A stretch of DNA of 60,255 bases from the NCBI GenBank assembly GCA_017852795.1, contig JAFMKU010000003.1, forward strand, positions 13,731 to 73,985, in the 5' to 3' direction. Made by a program: the position numbers and the translations under genes. Below are positions 45,881-55,344 of the stretch, piece after piece. The notes beneath the pieces are model-generated. The model was not told the DNA's origin and made no database searches. It saw only the letters and a list, made by a program, of their open reading frames with translations. Source of the stretch: Candidatus Neomicrothrix sp. (lineage in GTDB: Bacteria; Actinomycetota; Acidimicrobiia; Acidimicrobiales; Aldehydirespiratoraceae). Every line of letters begins with the position of its first letter. Position 1 is the first letter of the stretch.

Positions 45881-46752
45881 CCGCCATGATTGCTTCGGTT
45901 CCTGAACCCAACGCGGCGATTGATGGCGCGGTCGAAAAGAAACTCGGCTGGGCCTTCTGGCTTTCGGTGGCGTGGATCGGCGGGTTGGCGCTGGCCGCTG
46001 TCGCCGCCCCGTGGCTGCCGATCAAAGACCCCGATGTGCTGGGAGCAGCTCCTCGAGCTGGCCTGTTCAGCGACAACCTGCTCGGCACCGACGCGCTGGG
46101 GCGTGACGTGCTGGCCCGAACGGTTTGGGGGGCTCGTATCTCGTTGGGGGTTGGCTCGGTCGGGATCATCCTAGGCCTCACGGTTGGCGGGACGCTTGGC
46201 ATCATCTCCGGGTATTTCCGCGGGGTCGTTGACCAACTCATCAGTTTCGTGTTCTTCAGCTTGTTGTCGTTCCCGAGTTTGGTGTTGGCCCTGCTGATCA
46301 CCGCAACCCTGAGCCGTAGCTTCTGGACCGTGGCGATGACCCTCGGCATTCTCGGCATTGCGCCGATTGGCCGACTTGCTCGGGCCACCACCATCCAGTT
46401 TGCGGAGCGGGAATTCGTGCAAGCTTCCCGGGTCCTTGGGGCTAAGAACGGGCGAATCATCGTCCGCGAGCTGCTACCGAACGTGCTGATCCCGATGGGG
46501 GCCCTGACCCTGCTGGGTATGGGTATCTCGATCGTTGCCGAAGGGTCGTTGGCCTTCTTGGGCCTGTCGGTTGAAGGAGACGCCATTTCCTGGGGCAAGT
46601 CGATCGTTGACGGTTCGCAGGTGCGTGACCTCACCGAAAACGCCCACGTGGCGTTGGTACCGATCGTGGCCATGTTCCTGACGGTGCTGGCCCTCAACTT
46701 TGCCGGCGACCGACTCCGGGAATACACCGATGTCAAGGAGACCGCGTTCTGA
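45877..46752 (+). CDS. ABC transporter permease (DppC/OppC-like)
   Basis: GTGA overlap with the previous permease. EAA-loop-like FVQASRVLGAKNGRIIVRELLPN. Confidence 0.9.
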   Translation: MTAMIASVPEPNAAIDGAVEKKLGWAFWLSVAWIGGLALAAVAAPWLPIKDPDVLGAAPRAGLFSDNLLGTDALGRDVLARTVWGARISLGVGSVGIILGLTVGGTLGIISGYFRGVVDQLISFVFFSLLSFPSLVLALLITATLSRSFWTVAMTLGILGIAPIGRLARATTIQFAEREFVQASRVLGAKNGRIIVRELLPNVLIPMGALTLLGMGISIVAEGSLAFLGLSVEGDAISWGKSIVDGSQVRDLTENAHVALVPIVAMFLTVLALNFAGDRLREYTDVKETAF

Positions 46753-47810
46753 TGAGCAACGCGCAGCTTTCAGTACGCGACCTTGAGGTTCGCTTTCCCA
46801 CTTCCCGTGGTGTCGTAGAGGCGGTCAACGGGGTCAGCTTCGATCTCGAACGCGGGCAGATGCTGGGGATCGTTGGTGAATCCGGATCCGGCAAGTCGGT
46901 GACCGCCAAGACCTTGATGAATTTGTTGCCGCGCACCGCGGAGATTTCCGGCGACATCCATTTCGACGGTGAAGATGTGCGGGCCATTGCCAGCGGTCAC
47001 CGGAAGCATTTCTGGGGCGTCAAGATGACGATGGTGTTCCAGGATCCGATGACTTCGCTTAACCCGGTCAAACGGTGCGGTGAACAGATTTCCGAAACCC
47101 TGCGCTACCACCTTGGGATGAGTCGAGAAGCCGCGCTCAAGCGTTCGATTGACTTGCTGGAGCAGGTGGGAATCCCCGAACCGGCTCGACGAGTCAAGCA
47201 GTACCCGCACGAGCTTTCCGGTGGTCTTCGTCAGCGGGTAGTGATCGCGATGGCCTTGGCCTGCGAACCGGAACTGCTGATCGCCGATGAACCAACCACT
47301 GCGGTGGACGTGACCGTCCAGAAACGTCTCCTGGATTTGCTCGACGAACTACGCCGAGACCGTGGGATGTCCATGATCCTCATCACCCATGACCTCGGGG
47401 TGGCGCGTGGACGCTGCGATGAAGTGGCGGTGATGTACGCCGGAAGGTTGGTCGAACGGGCCGAAACCGAAGTGTTGTTCTCCGATGCGAGACATCCGTA
47501 CACCACGGCGCTGCTGCGTACCATCCCGCGGATCGACCAACCCAGCCACACCCGGTTGGTGCCGATCGAGGGACGGCCACCTGAACTGGTCAACCCGCCC
47601 GACCAGTGTTCGTTCGCGCCAAGGTGCCGTCACGCCCAAGCCGACTGTCTTGAAGGTGTGCCGACCTTGACCAATCTGGACGGAAACCGTGAGTTTGCCT
47701 GCCGGTACCCGGCCAACACCGAAGCCGGTCGCACCTCATTTTTTGCTAACGAAGCGGCGGGCCAGACCGTGACTGGCCTCACCATTGCTCAACCGTCGGA
47801 GGTTAACTAA
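46752..47810 (+). CDS. ABC transporter ATP-binding protein (DppD/OppD-like)
   Basis: Walker A GESGSGKS, signature LSGGLRQR, Walker B LLIADEPT, oligopeptide C-terminal Cys-rich region. Confidence 0.9.
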   Translation: MSNAQLSVRDLEVRFPTSRGVVEAVNGVSFDLERGQMLGIVGESGSGKSVTAKTLMNLLPRTAEISGDIHFDGEDVRAIASGHRKHFWGVKMTMVFQDPMTSLNPVKRCGEQISETLRYHLGMSREAALKRSIDLLEQVGIPEPARRVKQYPHELSGGLRQRVVIAMALACEPELLIADEPTTAVDVTVQKRLLDLLDELRRDRGMSMILITHDLGVARGRCDEVAVMYAGRLVERAETEVLFSDARHPYTTALLRTIPRIDQPSHTRLVPIEGRPPELVNPPDQCSFAPRCRHAQADCLEGVPTLTNLDGNREFACRYPANTEAGRTSFFANEAAGQTVTGLTIAQPSEVN

Positions 47811-48820
47811 TGGCCGGTTCTGGTCACGCCTCGCTGCGCAACTCCGAGAACGTTCTGCTTTCGGTCCGAGACCTCGTCGTCGAGTTCCCGATTTCCCGTA
47901 AAGAACGTGTCCATGCGGTGAGTGGCGTGTCTTTCGATGTCGCCGAAGGCGAAACGTTAGGCATCGTCGGCGAATCGGGCTGCGGCAAGTCGACAGTGGC
48001 CCGAGCCATCGTGCAACTCAACAAGATCACCTCCGGGGTCGTTGAGTACGCCGGCACGGACTTGGCCCAGCTCGAAGGTGAGGACCTTCGTCGGGTCCGC
48101 CCCGAACTACAGATGATCTTTCAGGATCCGATCTCTTCGCTGAACCCTCGACGGCGCATCCGTGACGTCATCACCGAAGGGCTTTCCATCTGGAACGAAG
48201 GAACCGGGTCCTGGACCCAGGAACGCATCGACGAGTTGATGAACGCGGTGGGTATCGACCCGAAGTTCGGTGATCGTCGCCCCCACCAGTTCTCCGGTGG
48301 ACAATGCCAGCGGATCGGGATTGCTCGAGCCCTAGCTCTCGACCCGAAAGTTCTGATCTGTGACGAACCCGTTTCGGCGCTGGATGTTTCGGTGCAGGCC
48401 CAGGTGCTCAACATCATCGAAGACATGAAGGTCCGCTACGGCCTGACCATCTTGTTTATCAGCCATGATCTGTCGGTCGTCAAGAACGTTTCCGACCGGA
48501 TCATCGTCATGTATCTCGGCAAAATCTGTGAGATCGGCGATGCCGAAACGATCTACGGAAGCCCCCGCCATCCCTACACCCGGGCGCTTCTGGCGTCGAT
48601 CCCGGAACCAGCGCCCACCGTCGACCCGAGCGAAGGCAACATCATCGGGGAGCTTCCCTCACCGATCCACCCGCCTCAGGGATGTCGCTTCAACACCCGC
48701 TGCCCGCACGCGACCGAGATCTGTTTCAGCGTGGAACCGACGGTGAACGCCGTTGACGGCAACGACCATTTCGTGGCCTGTCACCACCCGGTCGAGGTCG
48801 GCGTCTCCCTGCCGGCCTAA
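47810..48820 (+). CDS. ABC transporter ATP-binding protein (DppF/OppF-like)
   Basis: Walker A GESGCGKST, signature FSGGQCQR, Walker B VLICDEPV. TAATG overlap with the previous gene. Confidence 0.9.
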   Translation: MAGSGHASLRNSENVLLSVRDLVVEFPISRKERVHAVSGVSFDVAEGETLGIVGESGCGKSTVARAIVQLNKITSGVVEYAGTDLAQLEGEDLRRVRPELQMIFQDPISSLNPRRRIRDVITEGLSIWNEGTGSWTQERIDELMNAVGIDPKFGDRRPHQFSGGQCQRIGIARALALDPKVLICDEPVSALDVSVQAQVLNIIEDMKVRYGLTILFISHDLSVVKNVSDRIIVMYLGKICEIGDAETIYGSPRHPYTRALLASIPEPAPTVDPSEGNIIGELPSPIHPPQGCRFNTRCPHATEICFSVEPTVNAVDGNDHFVACHHPVEVGVSLPA

Positions 48821-48827
48821 TCGCAGC

Positions 48828-48896
48828 GAGCGCTTCGGGTTGATCACGGCCCAGCGCTACGGGTTAGCGCGGCGCTCCGGCGCTTTGGGCTAGCGG
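48828..48896. repeat. Three spaced direct repeats GCGCT(T/A)(C/T)GGG(T/C)T(G/A)(A/G) in the convergent intergenic region
   Basis: GAGCGCTTCGGGTTGATC (48828), CAGCGCTACGGGTTAGCG (48852), GGCGCTTTGGGCTAGCGG (48879). Spacing is 24 and 27 nt. The last copy overlaps the stop of the MBL gene. Confidence 0.5.
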
Positions 48897-49885
48897 TACA
48901 CCCAGACCGATTTGGACGACAGCGACGAACTCTCAGCGACCGCCAACTCCACCCGGTCCTCGTCGTGGAGTTTGCGAAGATGAGCCAGAACCGACCGGGC
49001 GGCCGGCTTATGGAGTTCTTTGCGTACATCGGCGTAGAGCACCGACACGATGTCTCTGGCCGATTTGGGTCCTGAACGAAGCTGGTCCACGATGCCCTGC
49101 TCCCGCTGCAACCGATGGTCGTACAAGGCCCGCAGGAAAGGTTGTGGATCGTTGACCGGTCCACCGTGGGTCGGGTACAGGCGGGTGTCCTGCGGGCGGT
49201 CAAGCAGGACCTGCAACGAGTTCAGGTAGGCGGCGACATCCCCATCGGGGGGTGGAATGATGGTGGTTGACCAGCCCATGACGTGATCGCCGGAAAGCAC
49301 CGCGTGTTCTTCGGCGAGTGCGAAGCAGAGATGGTTGCTGATGTGGCCCGGAGTGTGCAACGCCTCCAGCGTGTAACCGGGGCCTTCGACCACGTCGCCA
49401 TGGGCCAGTTTGGCATCGGGAACGAAGTCAACATCAGGACGATGCTTTTCGATGAAGTCGGGGTCGAGTTCTGGGGGGAGGGGAGCGTCGGGATCGGTCG
49501 GTTCGTCGTCCTCGTCGTCTTCGTCGTCGCGATCGTCGTGTTCGTCCACCGCGTGATGAGGGTGGGGGCCGAAGCCGAGCACCGGCGCTCCGGTCGCGGC
49601 CTGCAACGCGGCAGCAGCCGGGGAATGATCACCGTGGGTGTGGGTGACAAGAATGTGGCGGATCGTTTCACCGTCAAGAGCTCGAAGGATCGCTTCCACG
49701 TGGGCGTCGTCGCGAGGACCAGGGTCAATCACCGCAACGTCGCCGTGACCCACGACGTAGGTGCCGGTGCCGTGAAAGGTGAAGTTTGACGGGTTGTTGC
49801 AGACCAGACGCCGGAGCAATCCCGACACCTGAACCATCTCGCCGTAGGCAGGTTCGAAATCAAAAACGAACGCGGGGGAAGCCAT
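48890..49885 (-). CDS. MBL-fold metallo-hydrolase (LACTB2-like, with C-terminal winged-helix-like region and an acidic insertion)
   Basis: THTHGDH (HxHxDH) motif. Insertion DDRDDEDDEDDEPTDPDAP. ATG 49885 lies 1 nt after the stop of the upstream small gene (TGAgATG). Confidence 0.8.
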   Translation of the reverse strand: MASPAFVFDFEPAYGEMVQVSGLLRRLVCNNPSNFTFHGTGTYVVGHGDVAVIDPGPRDDAHVEAILRALDGETIRHILVTHTHGDHSPAAAALQAATGAPVLGFGPHPHHAVDEHDDRDDEDDEDDEPTDPDAPLPPELDPDFIEKHRPDVDFVPDAKLAHGDVVEGPGYTLEALHTPGHISNHLCFALAEEHAVLSGDHVMGWSTTIIPPPDGDVAAYLNSLQVLLDRPQDTRLYPTHGGPVNDPQPFLRALYDHRLQREQGIVDQLRSGPKSARDIVSVLYADVRKELHKPAARSVLAHLRKLHDEDRVELAVAESSSLSSKSVWVYR

Positions 49886-49886
49886 C

Positions 49887-50150
49887 TCAGGACTCTTTCG
49901 GGGGTGGAGGGCTGGTTGGTCGGGCGTTCTGCATGGCGTGGCGGATTCGCCAGGCCACAAACGACACGCCCCCCAACATCACGAACAACGTCAAGATCTG
50001 GGCGTAACCGCCACGGTCACCCGGATTCTGAGGTGCGGGACCCGCCGCTGGCGATCCGATGATGCGACCAGCTTCGTCGATGTAGTCGGGGTCGGTGACC
50101 TGAGCCGCCCAGGTGACGACGTCGTGGAGCATTGCCAGCCCCGGGGTCAC
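49887..50150 (-). CDS. Small membrane protein (one TM), unknown function
   Basis: 87 aa with TM ILTLFVMLGGVSFVAW. GTGA overlap with the upstream SDR stop and tight coupling to the downstream MBL gene. Confidence 0.5.
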   Translation of the reverse strand: MTPGLAMLHDVVTWAAQVTDPDYIDEAGRIIGSPAAGPAPQNPGDRGGYAQILTLFVMLGGVSFVAWRIRHAMQNARPTSPPPPKES

Positions 50151-50932
50151 GACTGGTTGACCTCACCGGTTGCCACCCGCAGGTAGGAAGGGCCTTCGCC
50201 GCCACCGTCGACCGGTACGACGCAACCGGTCATCCAGCGGGCCAGCGGGGAGGCACAGAACAGCACCACGTCGGCGACGTCTTGAGGGTCGCCCATGCGT
50301 TTGGCGGCCAGAAGATCACCGACCGCGTCGATTCCGGATTGGTCGCCGTAGAACAATCGGGTGTCTTCGGTGACGATCATCCCGACCACCGGGGCCAGAA
50401 CCCGGATCTTCGGGCCCCATTCGTGAGCCAAGGTGGCGGTCATGTTGATCAAGCCCGCTTTGGAAGCCCCGTACGCGACACCCATCGGGTTGGGCCGCTG
50501 ACCCGAAACCGAGGCGATGTTGATAATCACCCCTCCGTCAGTTTGGGCCCACATGGTGTCGTGGACCGCTTGGCTGAACAGCAATGGCGCCATCAGGTTC
50601 AAGGCAATCACCCGCTCGTTGAAACGAGGTGACGCGGTGGCGCTCGCCGCCGGGGGTGAACCTCCGGCGTTGTTCACGAGAATGTCGATCCGTCCGGTAG
50701 CGGCCACCGCGGTTTCGACAACCGCCGCGACCTGTTCGGCGTCGCGCACATCGGCGGCCACAAACTGGGCCTGGCGATCCCCCAGCGCGACCGGTTGCTC
50801 GGGTTGGTTGCGGGCGCAGACGATCACGTCGGCGCCATGAGCCAAAAACGTTCGAGCGATCACCAGACCAAGGCCTTTCGTGCCACCGGTGACGATCGCG
50901 GTTCGGCCGCTGAAATCAAGTGGTTCGCTCAA
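50147..50932 (-). CDS. SDR-family oxidoreductase
   Basis: TGGTKGLGLV, NNAG and YGASK motifs. TTGA overlap with the upstream lipoprotein gene. Confidence 0.85.
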   Translation of the reverse strand: MSEPLDFSGRTAIVTGGTKGLGLVIARTFLAHGADVIVCARNQPEQPVALGDRQAQFVAADVRDAEQVAAVVETAVAATGRIDILVNNAGGSPPAASATASPRFNERVIALNLMAPLLFSQAVHDTMWAQTDGGVIINIASVSGQRPNPMGVAYGASKAGLINMTATLAHEWGPKIRVLAPVVGMIVTEDTRLFYGDQSGIDAVGDLLAAKRMGDPQDVADVVLFCASPLARWMTGCVVPVDGGGEGPSYLRVATGEVNQS

Positions 50933-51399
50933 GATTGCCCCTCGCAGTGCTCGCCAATGCTGGTAATCGCAGCGCGGAACTGGTCACTGGTCAAGGCGGT
51001 GGCTCGTGGATCGTTGGTCGGCAAAGTTCCGAGGTCGTATTCGAATTCAACGACCAATTCAGAAAAACCGGTGTAGGCGTCGGCCAGCAGTTGGCTCGAC
51101 GCAACCAGTTCGCTCGGGGCCCGTTCCACATTGGCTTCCAGCAACGCGACGGTCTGGTTGAGCGCCGCCGCGAACTCGTCAGATTCTTCACCGATGTTCA
51201 GAGCCAGCATGGTGCGAGCCAGCGTGTCGAACGCATCGTTGATCTGGCTGGTGGCATCACAAAAACTGGTGACCGACGCAGCGACCTCGCCCGCTTCGCT
51301 GGTGGTGCTGCTGGTGGCGATGTCGGCGGCATCGTTGGTGCCCGCGCAGCCGGACACGGCGAAAACGGTCAGGGCCAGTACAGCAAACAGTCGATGCAT
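50929..51399 (-). CDS. Putative lipoprotein, helical, unknown function
   Basis: ATG 51399 gives MHRLFAVLALTVFAVSGCAG (signal plus lipobox). The longer ORF to 51642 has an Arg/Ser-rich non-protein-like N-terminus. Confidence 0.6.
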   Translation of the reverse strand: MHRLFAVLALTVFAVSGCAGTNDAADIATSSTTSEAGEVAASVTSFCDATSQINDAFDTLARTMLALNIGEESDEFAAALNQTVALLEANVERAPSELVASSQLLADAYTGFSELVVEFEYDLGTLPTNDPRATALTSDQFRAAITSIGEHCEGQS

Positions 51400-51426
51400 C
51401 ACCGCCGAGGCTATCTTGCAGGCTGT

Positions 51427-51526
51427 CCGTCTCGCATCGTGACGGGCCCTGCCGGTACGGTCTCGGCATACCTGACGTGCCGTCAGGCGTTGTCGGACCT
51501 GCCAAGGGGACGGCAGATTTGCCGTC
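51427..51526. promoter_or_regulatory. Cluster of inverted repeats built on GACGG/CCGTC (two perfect 7-bp-arm palindromes sharing TGCCGTCAG) upstream of the CoA-transferase-like operon
   Basis: CCTGACG-tgc-CGTCAGG (51471-51487). GACGGCA-gatt-TGCCGTC (51509-51526). A weaker CCGTC-N9-GACGG lies at 51427-51445. The last repeat ends 8 nt before the AAGGAG RBS. Confidence 0.4.
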
Positions 51527-51545
51527 AGAGGTAGAAGGAGCAGCT

Positions 51546-52409
51546 GTGGCCGATAAACGGATGACCGAAGATGAGGTCGTCGGAGAGCTTGAGAGCGGGA
51601 TGACGATCGGTATCGGCGGCTGGGGTTCACGCCGCAAACCAATGTCGTTGGTCCGGGCGATCCTTCGTAGCGACCTCACCGATCTGCACATCGTGAGTTA
51701 CGGAGGTCCCGACGTCGGGATCCTCACCGCGGCCGGGAAGTGCCGAAAGGTGACGTACGGTTTCGTGTCGCTCGACTCGATCGCGCTTGAACCGCATTTT
51801 CGTTCGGCTCGACAAAGCGGTTCGCTACCGGACTTTTTGGAACTCGACGAAGGCGCGTTCTATCTCGGGCTGATGGCTGCCGCGCATCGGGTTCCGTTTT
51901 ATCCGACTCGGGCTGGGCTCGGTTCGGCGATGATGACCGAAAACCCGGATCTCAAGACGGTCACGTCGCCGTACGGCGACGGTGAAGAACTGGTAGCGAT
52001 CCCGGCGTTCGAAATGGATGCGGTGCTGATCCATATGAACCGGGCTGACCAACGCGGCAACGGTCAGTTTCTCGGCCCGGACCTGTATTTCGATGACCTG
52101 TTCGCGATGGCAGGCAAAAAGACGTACCTGTCGGCGGAACGGATCGTGGCGACCGAAGATTTCCTAGCCGAAGGACCGGTCCATACGCTGCGCATTCCGC
52201 GGATCCACGTGGATGGGGTCATCGAAGCACCGTTGGGAGCCCATTTCACCGAATGCCCGCCGGATTATGGGCGTGACGAAGCGTTCCAACGCGAATACGC
52301 GGCGACCGCTCGAGACGAAGACCTCTGGAAACAGTTCCGAACCGACTGGCTCGACCTCGAATCCCATGAGGCGTACCAGGCCAAGCTCAGCGAAAGGGGA
52401 CAATGGTGA
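51546..52409 (+). CDS. CoA-transferase-fold protein, subunit A (IpdA-like)
   Basis: GTG 51546 lies 5 nt after AAGGAG. GMTIGIGGWGSRRKPMSLVRAILRSDLTDLHIVSYGGPD closely matches my recollection of mycobacterial IpdA. ATG 51561 is the alternative start. Confidence 0.85.
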   Translation: MADKRMTEDEVVGELESGMTIGIGGWGSRRKPMSLVRAILRSDLTDLHIVSYGGPDVGILTAAGKCRKVTYGFVSLDSIALEPHFRSARQSGSLPDFLELDEGAFYLGLMAAAHRVPFYPTRAGLGSAMMTENPDLKTVTSPYGDGEELVAIPAFEMDAVLIHMNRADQRGNGQFLGPDLYFDDLFAMAGKKTYLSAERIVATEDFLAEGPVHTLRIPRIHVDGVIEAPLGAHFTECPPDYGRDEAFQREYAATARDEDLWKQFRTDWLDLESHEAYQAKLSERGQW

Positions 52410-53161
52410 GCGAAGCAACCATTGACGAGATCTGTGTCGTGGCGCTCGCAGAAGCGTTCCGAGACGACGGCGAAGTGCTGTGTAACCCGATGGGGCCCGT
52501 ACCGGTTCTGGCCGGACGACTCGCCCGAGCCACCTTCGCCCCGGACCTGATGTTGACCGACACCATCGCCTATGCCGTGCAAGGAAACCTGCCGCTCGGC
52601 GCGGATGGGGCCGACGCGGTCGTTGAGTCTTACATGCCGTTCCGGTCGATCTTCGATCAGGTCTGGTCCGGGAAACGCCATGTGGTGATGGGGGCCAGTC
52701 AGATCGACCAGTACGGCAACCAGAACTTTGCTGCGATCGGACCGTACCGTCAGCCCAAAGCGCAACTGTTGGGGATGCGAGGCGCACCCGGGAACCTCAT
52801 CAACCATGCCACCAGTTACTGGATCCCCAACCAGGCTCGAACTTTTGTCGAACAGGTCGATGTGGTCAGCGGGCCGGGGTACAACCGGGTGGCTGCGCTG
52901 CATCCGGACAGTGGACGGTTCCATGAGATCCGGCGGATCGTCACCGACCTTGGGGCCTACGATTTTGAGTCAGCCGACCGCACCATGCGGGTCCGGTCGC
53001 TTCACCCCGGAGTGACCCTCGAACAAGCCCAAGCCGCTTCGGCTTTTCCGTTGACCGTTACCGACGATCCTGAGGTAAGCAGAATGCCTACCGACGAAGA
53101 GCTGGCGCTGATCCGTGACGTGTTCGACCCCAACGGGGTGCGCAAAGGGGAGTTCGCCTAA
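52403..53161 (+). CDS. CoA-transferase-fold protein, subunit B (IpdB-like)
   Basis: About 250 aa. Overlaps the subunit A stop (ATG 52403, or GTG 52406 giving GTGA). No (S)ENG catalytic-glutamate motif visible. Confidence 0.8.
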   Translation: MVSEATIDEICVVALAEAFRDDGEVLCNPMGPVPVLAGRLARATFAPDLMLTDTIAYAVQGNLPLGADGADAVVESYMPFRSIFDQVWSGKRHVVMGASQIDQYGNQNFAAIGPYRQPKAQLLGMRGAPGNLINHATSYWIPNQARTFVEQVDVVSGPGYNRVAALHPDSGRFHEIRRIVTDLGAYDFESADRTMRVRSLHPGVTLEQAQAASAFPLTVTDDPEVSRMPTDEELALIRDVFDPNGVRKGEFA

Positions 53162-54309
53162 TGGACCTAGATCTTTCCCAGCGCCACGTGGCGTTTCGCG
53201 ACGAGCTACGCACCTGGCTTGCGGAGAACAACCCGGACGAGGCGCTGCCGTCGATGGACACCGCCGAAGGATTTGAACTGCACCGGGAATGGGAAAAGAA
53301 ACTGTTCGCGGCTGGTTGGTCGGTGCCCGGCTGGCCCGAGGCCTACGGCGGTCGAGACTGCGACCTGATCGAATGGTTGATTTACGAAGAGGAGTATTGG
53401 CTTTCCGGTGCCCCCAACCGGGTGAGCGCCAACGGTGTCAGCCTGCTGGCCCCCACCATCTTCAACTTTGGCACCCAGGAGCAGCAGGACCATTTCCTGC
53501 CTCGGATGGCGTCCGGTGAACACATCTGGGCCCAAGGATGGAGCGAACCGGAAGCAGGATCGGACCTCGCGGGTCTGAAAACCAAAGCGATCCTCGACGG
53601 CGACCATTACGTTCTCAACGGCCAAAAAACCTGGTGCACCCGAGGGGCGTATGCCGACTGGATTTTCTGCATCGTGCGCACCGATCCGGAAGCGGAACGC
53701 CATCGTGGCCTGACCTATCTGCTGGTCCCGACCGACGCTGAAGGCATGGAGCGTCGGCCGATCAGCCGGCTCGACGGCGACCCAGCGTTCGCCGAAGTGT
53801 TCTTCGATGACTGTCGAGTGTCGGCTGACAACGTGCTCGGTGAACCCGGGCAGGGATGGGCGGTGGCGATGGCCACCGCTGGAAGCGAACGAGGTCTGAA
53901 CCTGCGGAGCCCCGGCCGGTTCCTGGCCGCCGCGCAACGGTTGACGGAGCTAGCCCGCGAAGTCAAAGCGGCCAGCGGGCTCGACCAGCGTCGATGTGAC
54001 GAGGTAGTGGACGCCTGGGTGCGAGCTCAGGCGTATCGCTGGCAGACGTACCTGACCGCAGCTTCGCTCATGGACGGTGCCGAAATGGGTTCCGAAGCGA
54101 GCCTGATGAAAGTCTTCTGGTCTGAAATGGACGTGGAGATCCACGCCACCGCGTTGCGGCTTCTCGGCGACCGAGGTGAGCTGATGGATGATCCGACGAG
54201 TTGGCTCGACGGATACATCTTTTCGCTTTCTGGTCCGATCTACGCCGGGACCAATGAGATCCAACGGAACATCATCGCTGAGCGGGTGCTCGGCCTTCCC
54301 AGGAAGTAG
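53161..54309 (+). CDS. Acyl-CoA dehydrogenase (catalytic-type subunit)
   Basis: Full ACAD fold of 382 aa. GWSEPEAGSD FAD/substrate block. C-terminal YAGTNEIQRNIIAERVLG carries the usual catalytic-base Glu position. Confidence 0.9.
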   Translation: MDLDLSQRHVAFRDELRTWLAENNPDEALPSMDTAEGFELHREWEKKLFAAGWSVPGWPEAYGGRDCDLIEWLIYEEEYWLSGAPNRVSANGVSLLAPTIFNFGTQEQQDHFLPRMASGEHIWAQGWSEPEAGSDLAGLKTKAILDGDHYVLNGQKTWCTRGAYADWIFCIVRTDPEAERHRGLTYLLVPTDAEGMERRPISRLDGDPAFAEVFFDDCRVSADNVLGEPGQGWAVAMATAGSERGLNLRSPGRFLAAAQRLTELAREVKAASGLDQRRCDEVVDAWVRAQAYRWQTYLTAASLMDGAEMGSEASLMKVFWSEMDVEIHATALRLLGDRGELMDDPTSWLDGYIFSLSGPIYAGTNEIQRNIIAERVLGLPRK

Positions 54310-54314
54310 ACGGC

Positions 54315-55310
54315 ATGCGCTTCGCTTTCACTCAAGAACAGGACATGTTCCGAGACGCGGTCCGGGATCTGCTGGCCGACCTCTGCCCACCGGAAGCGGT
54401 GCGGGCGAGTTGGGAAAATGCGGACGGTCGGGTGCCAGGTCTCTGGTCGGCGCTCGGCGAGATGGGAGTGCTCGCCGCCATGGTTCCTGAAGCCGACGGC
54501 GGTCTGGGCATGACCGACGTGGATGTCGTGCGACTGTTAGAAGAAGCCGGGTACGCCGGGGTCCCTGAGCCGCTGATGGAACACGCCACTGTCGCAGTTC
54601 CGGCCTTAGCGCAGGCTGGTTCTCCGTTGCTGGCTGCGGCGATCGCTGGCGAATCCACGGTCACCATCCATTTGGGGATCGGTGGTCGGTTCGTTCTGGC
54701 CGGAGGGCAAGCCGACGCCATTGTGGCCGAACGCAACGGCGGTCTGGTGGTGCTCGACGGAGCGAAGATGCACGGGGTGGAATCGGTCGATCAGTCGCGC
54801 CGGCTGTTTGAGATTGACGAAGCAGGCCTCGAACAGCCGCTGGTTGGCGCCGATCTGGAACTGGCCTCGGATCGGGCGGTGCTCGGAACCGCAGCCCAGT
54901 GCATCGGTGTGGCTCGACGGCTCCTGGATGCCACCGTGGACTACGTCGGCCAACGCCAACAGTTTGGTTCCCCGGTTGGCGTCAATCAGTCGATCAAACA
55001 CCATCTCGCCAACGTGCGCATGGGGATCGAGTTCGCAGCACCGCTGGTGTACCGGGCTGCCTATTCGCTGGCCCGACCCGATCAGCACGACGCCAGCACC
55101 CGACGACGAGACGTTTCGATGGCCAAAATGCAAGCCTCCGATGCGGTCGATCGGGCCTGTCGAGCCGCGCTGCAATGTCATGGCGCCATCGGGTACACGT
55201 TCGAATACGACCTGCAACTCTGGTTGAAACGAGGTTGGGCTCTGTCCGCGGCGTACGGCGATGCAGGCCATCACCGCACCGAGGTCGGGGCCGCGCTCGG
55301 CCTGTGCTGA
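54315..55310 (+). CDS. Acyl-CoA dehydrogenase-like protein (shorter, probably a non-catalytic partner subunit)
   Basis: 331 aa with an ACAD-like N-terminus (QDMFRDAVRDLLAD) and C-terminal helices, but without the TNEIQR-type catalytic Glu block. Confidence 0.8.
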   Translation: MRFAFTQEQDMFRDAVRDLLADLCPPEAVRASWENADGRVPGLWSALGEMGVLAAMVPEADGGLGMTDVDVVRLLEEAGYAGVPEPLMEHATVAVPALAQAGSPLLAAAIAGESTVTIHLGIGGRFVLAGGQADAIVAERNGGLVVLDGAKMHGVESVDQSRRLFEIDEAGLEQPLVGADLELASDRAVLGTAAQCIGVARRLLDATVDYVGQRQQFGSPVGVNQSIKHHLANVRMGIEFAAPLVYRAAYSLARPDQHDASTRRRDVSMAKMQASDAVDRACRAALQCHGAIGYTFEYDLQLWLKRGWALSAAYGDAGHHRTEVGAALGLC

Positions 55311-55344
55311 ACCCACGGGTGCGCAAAGCGATGAGGTTGGGTTG

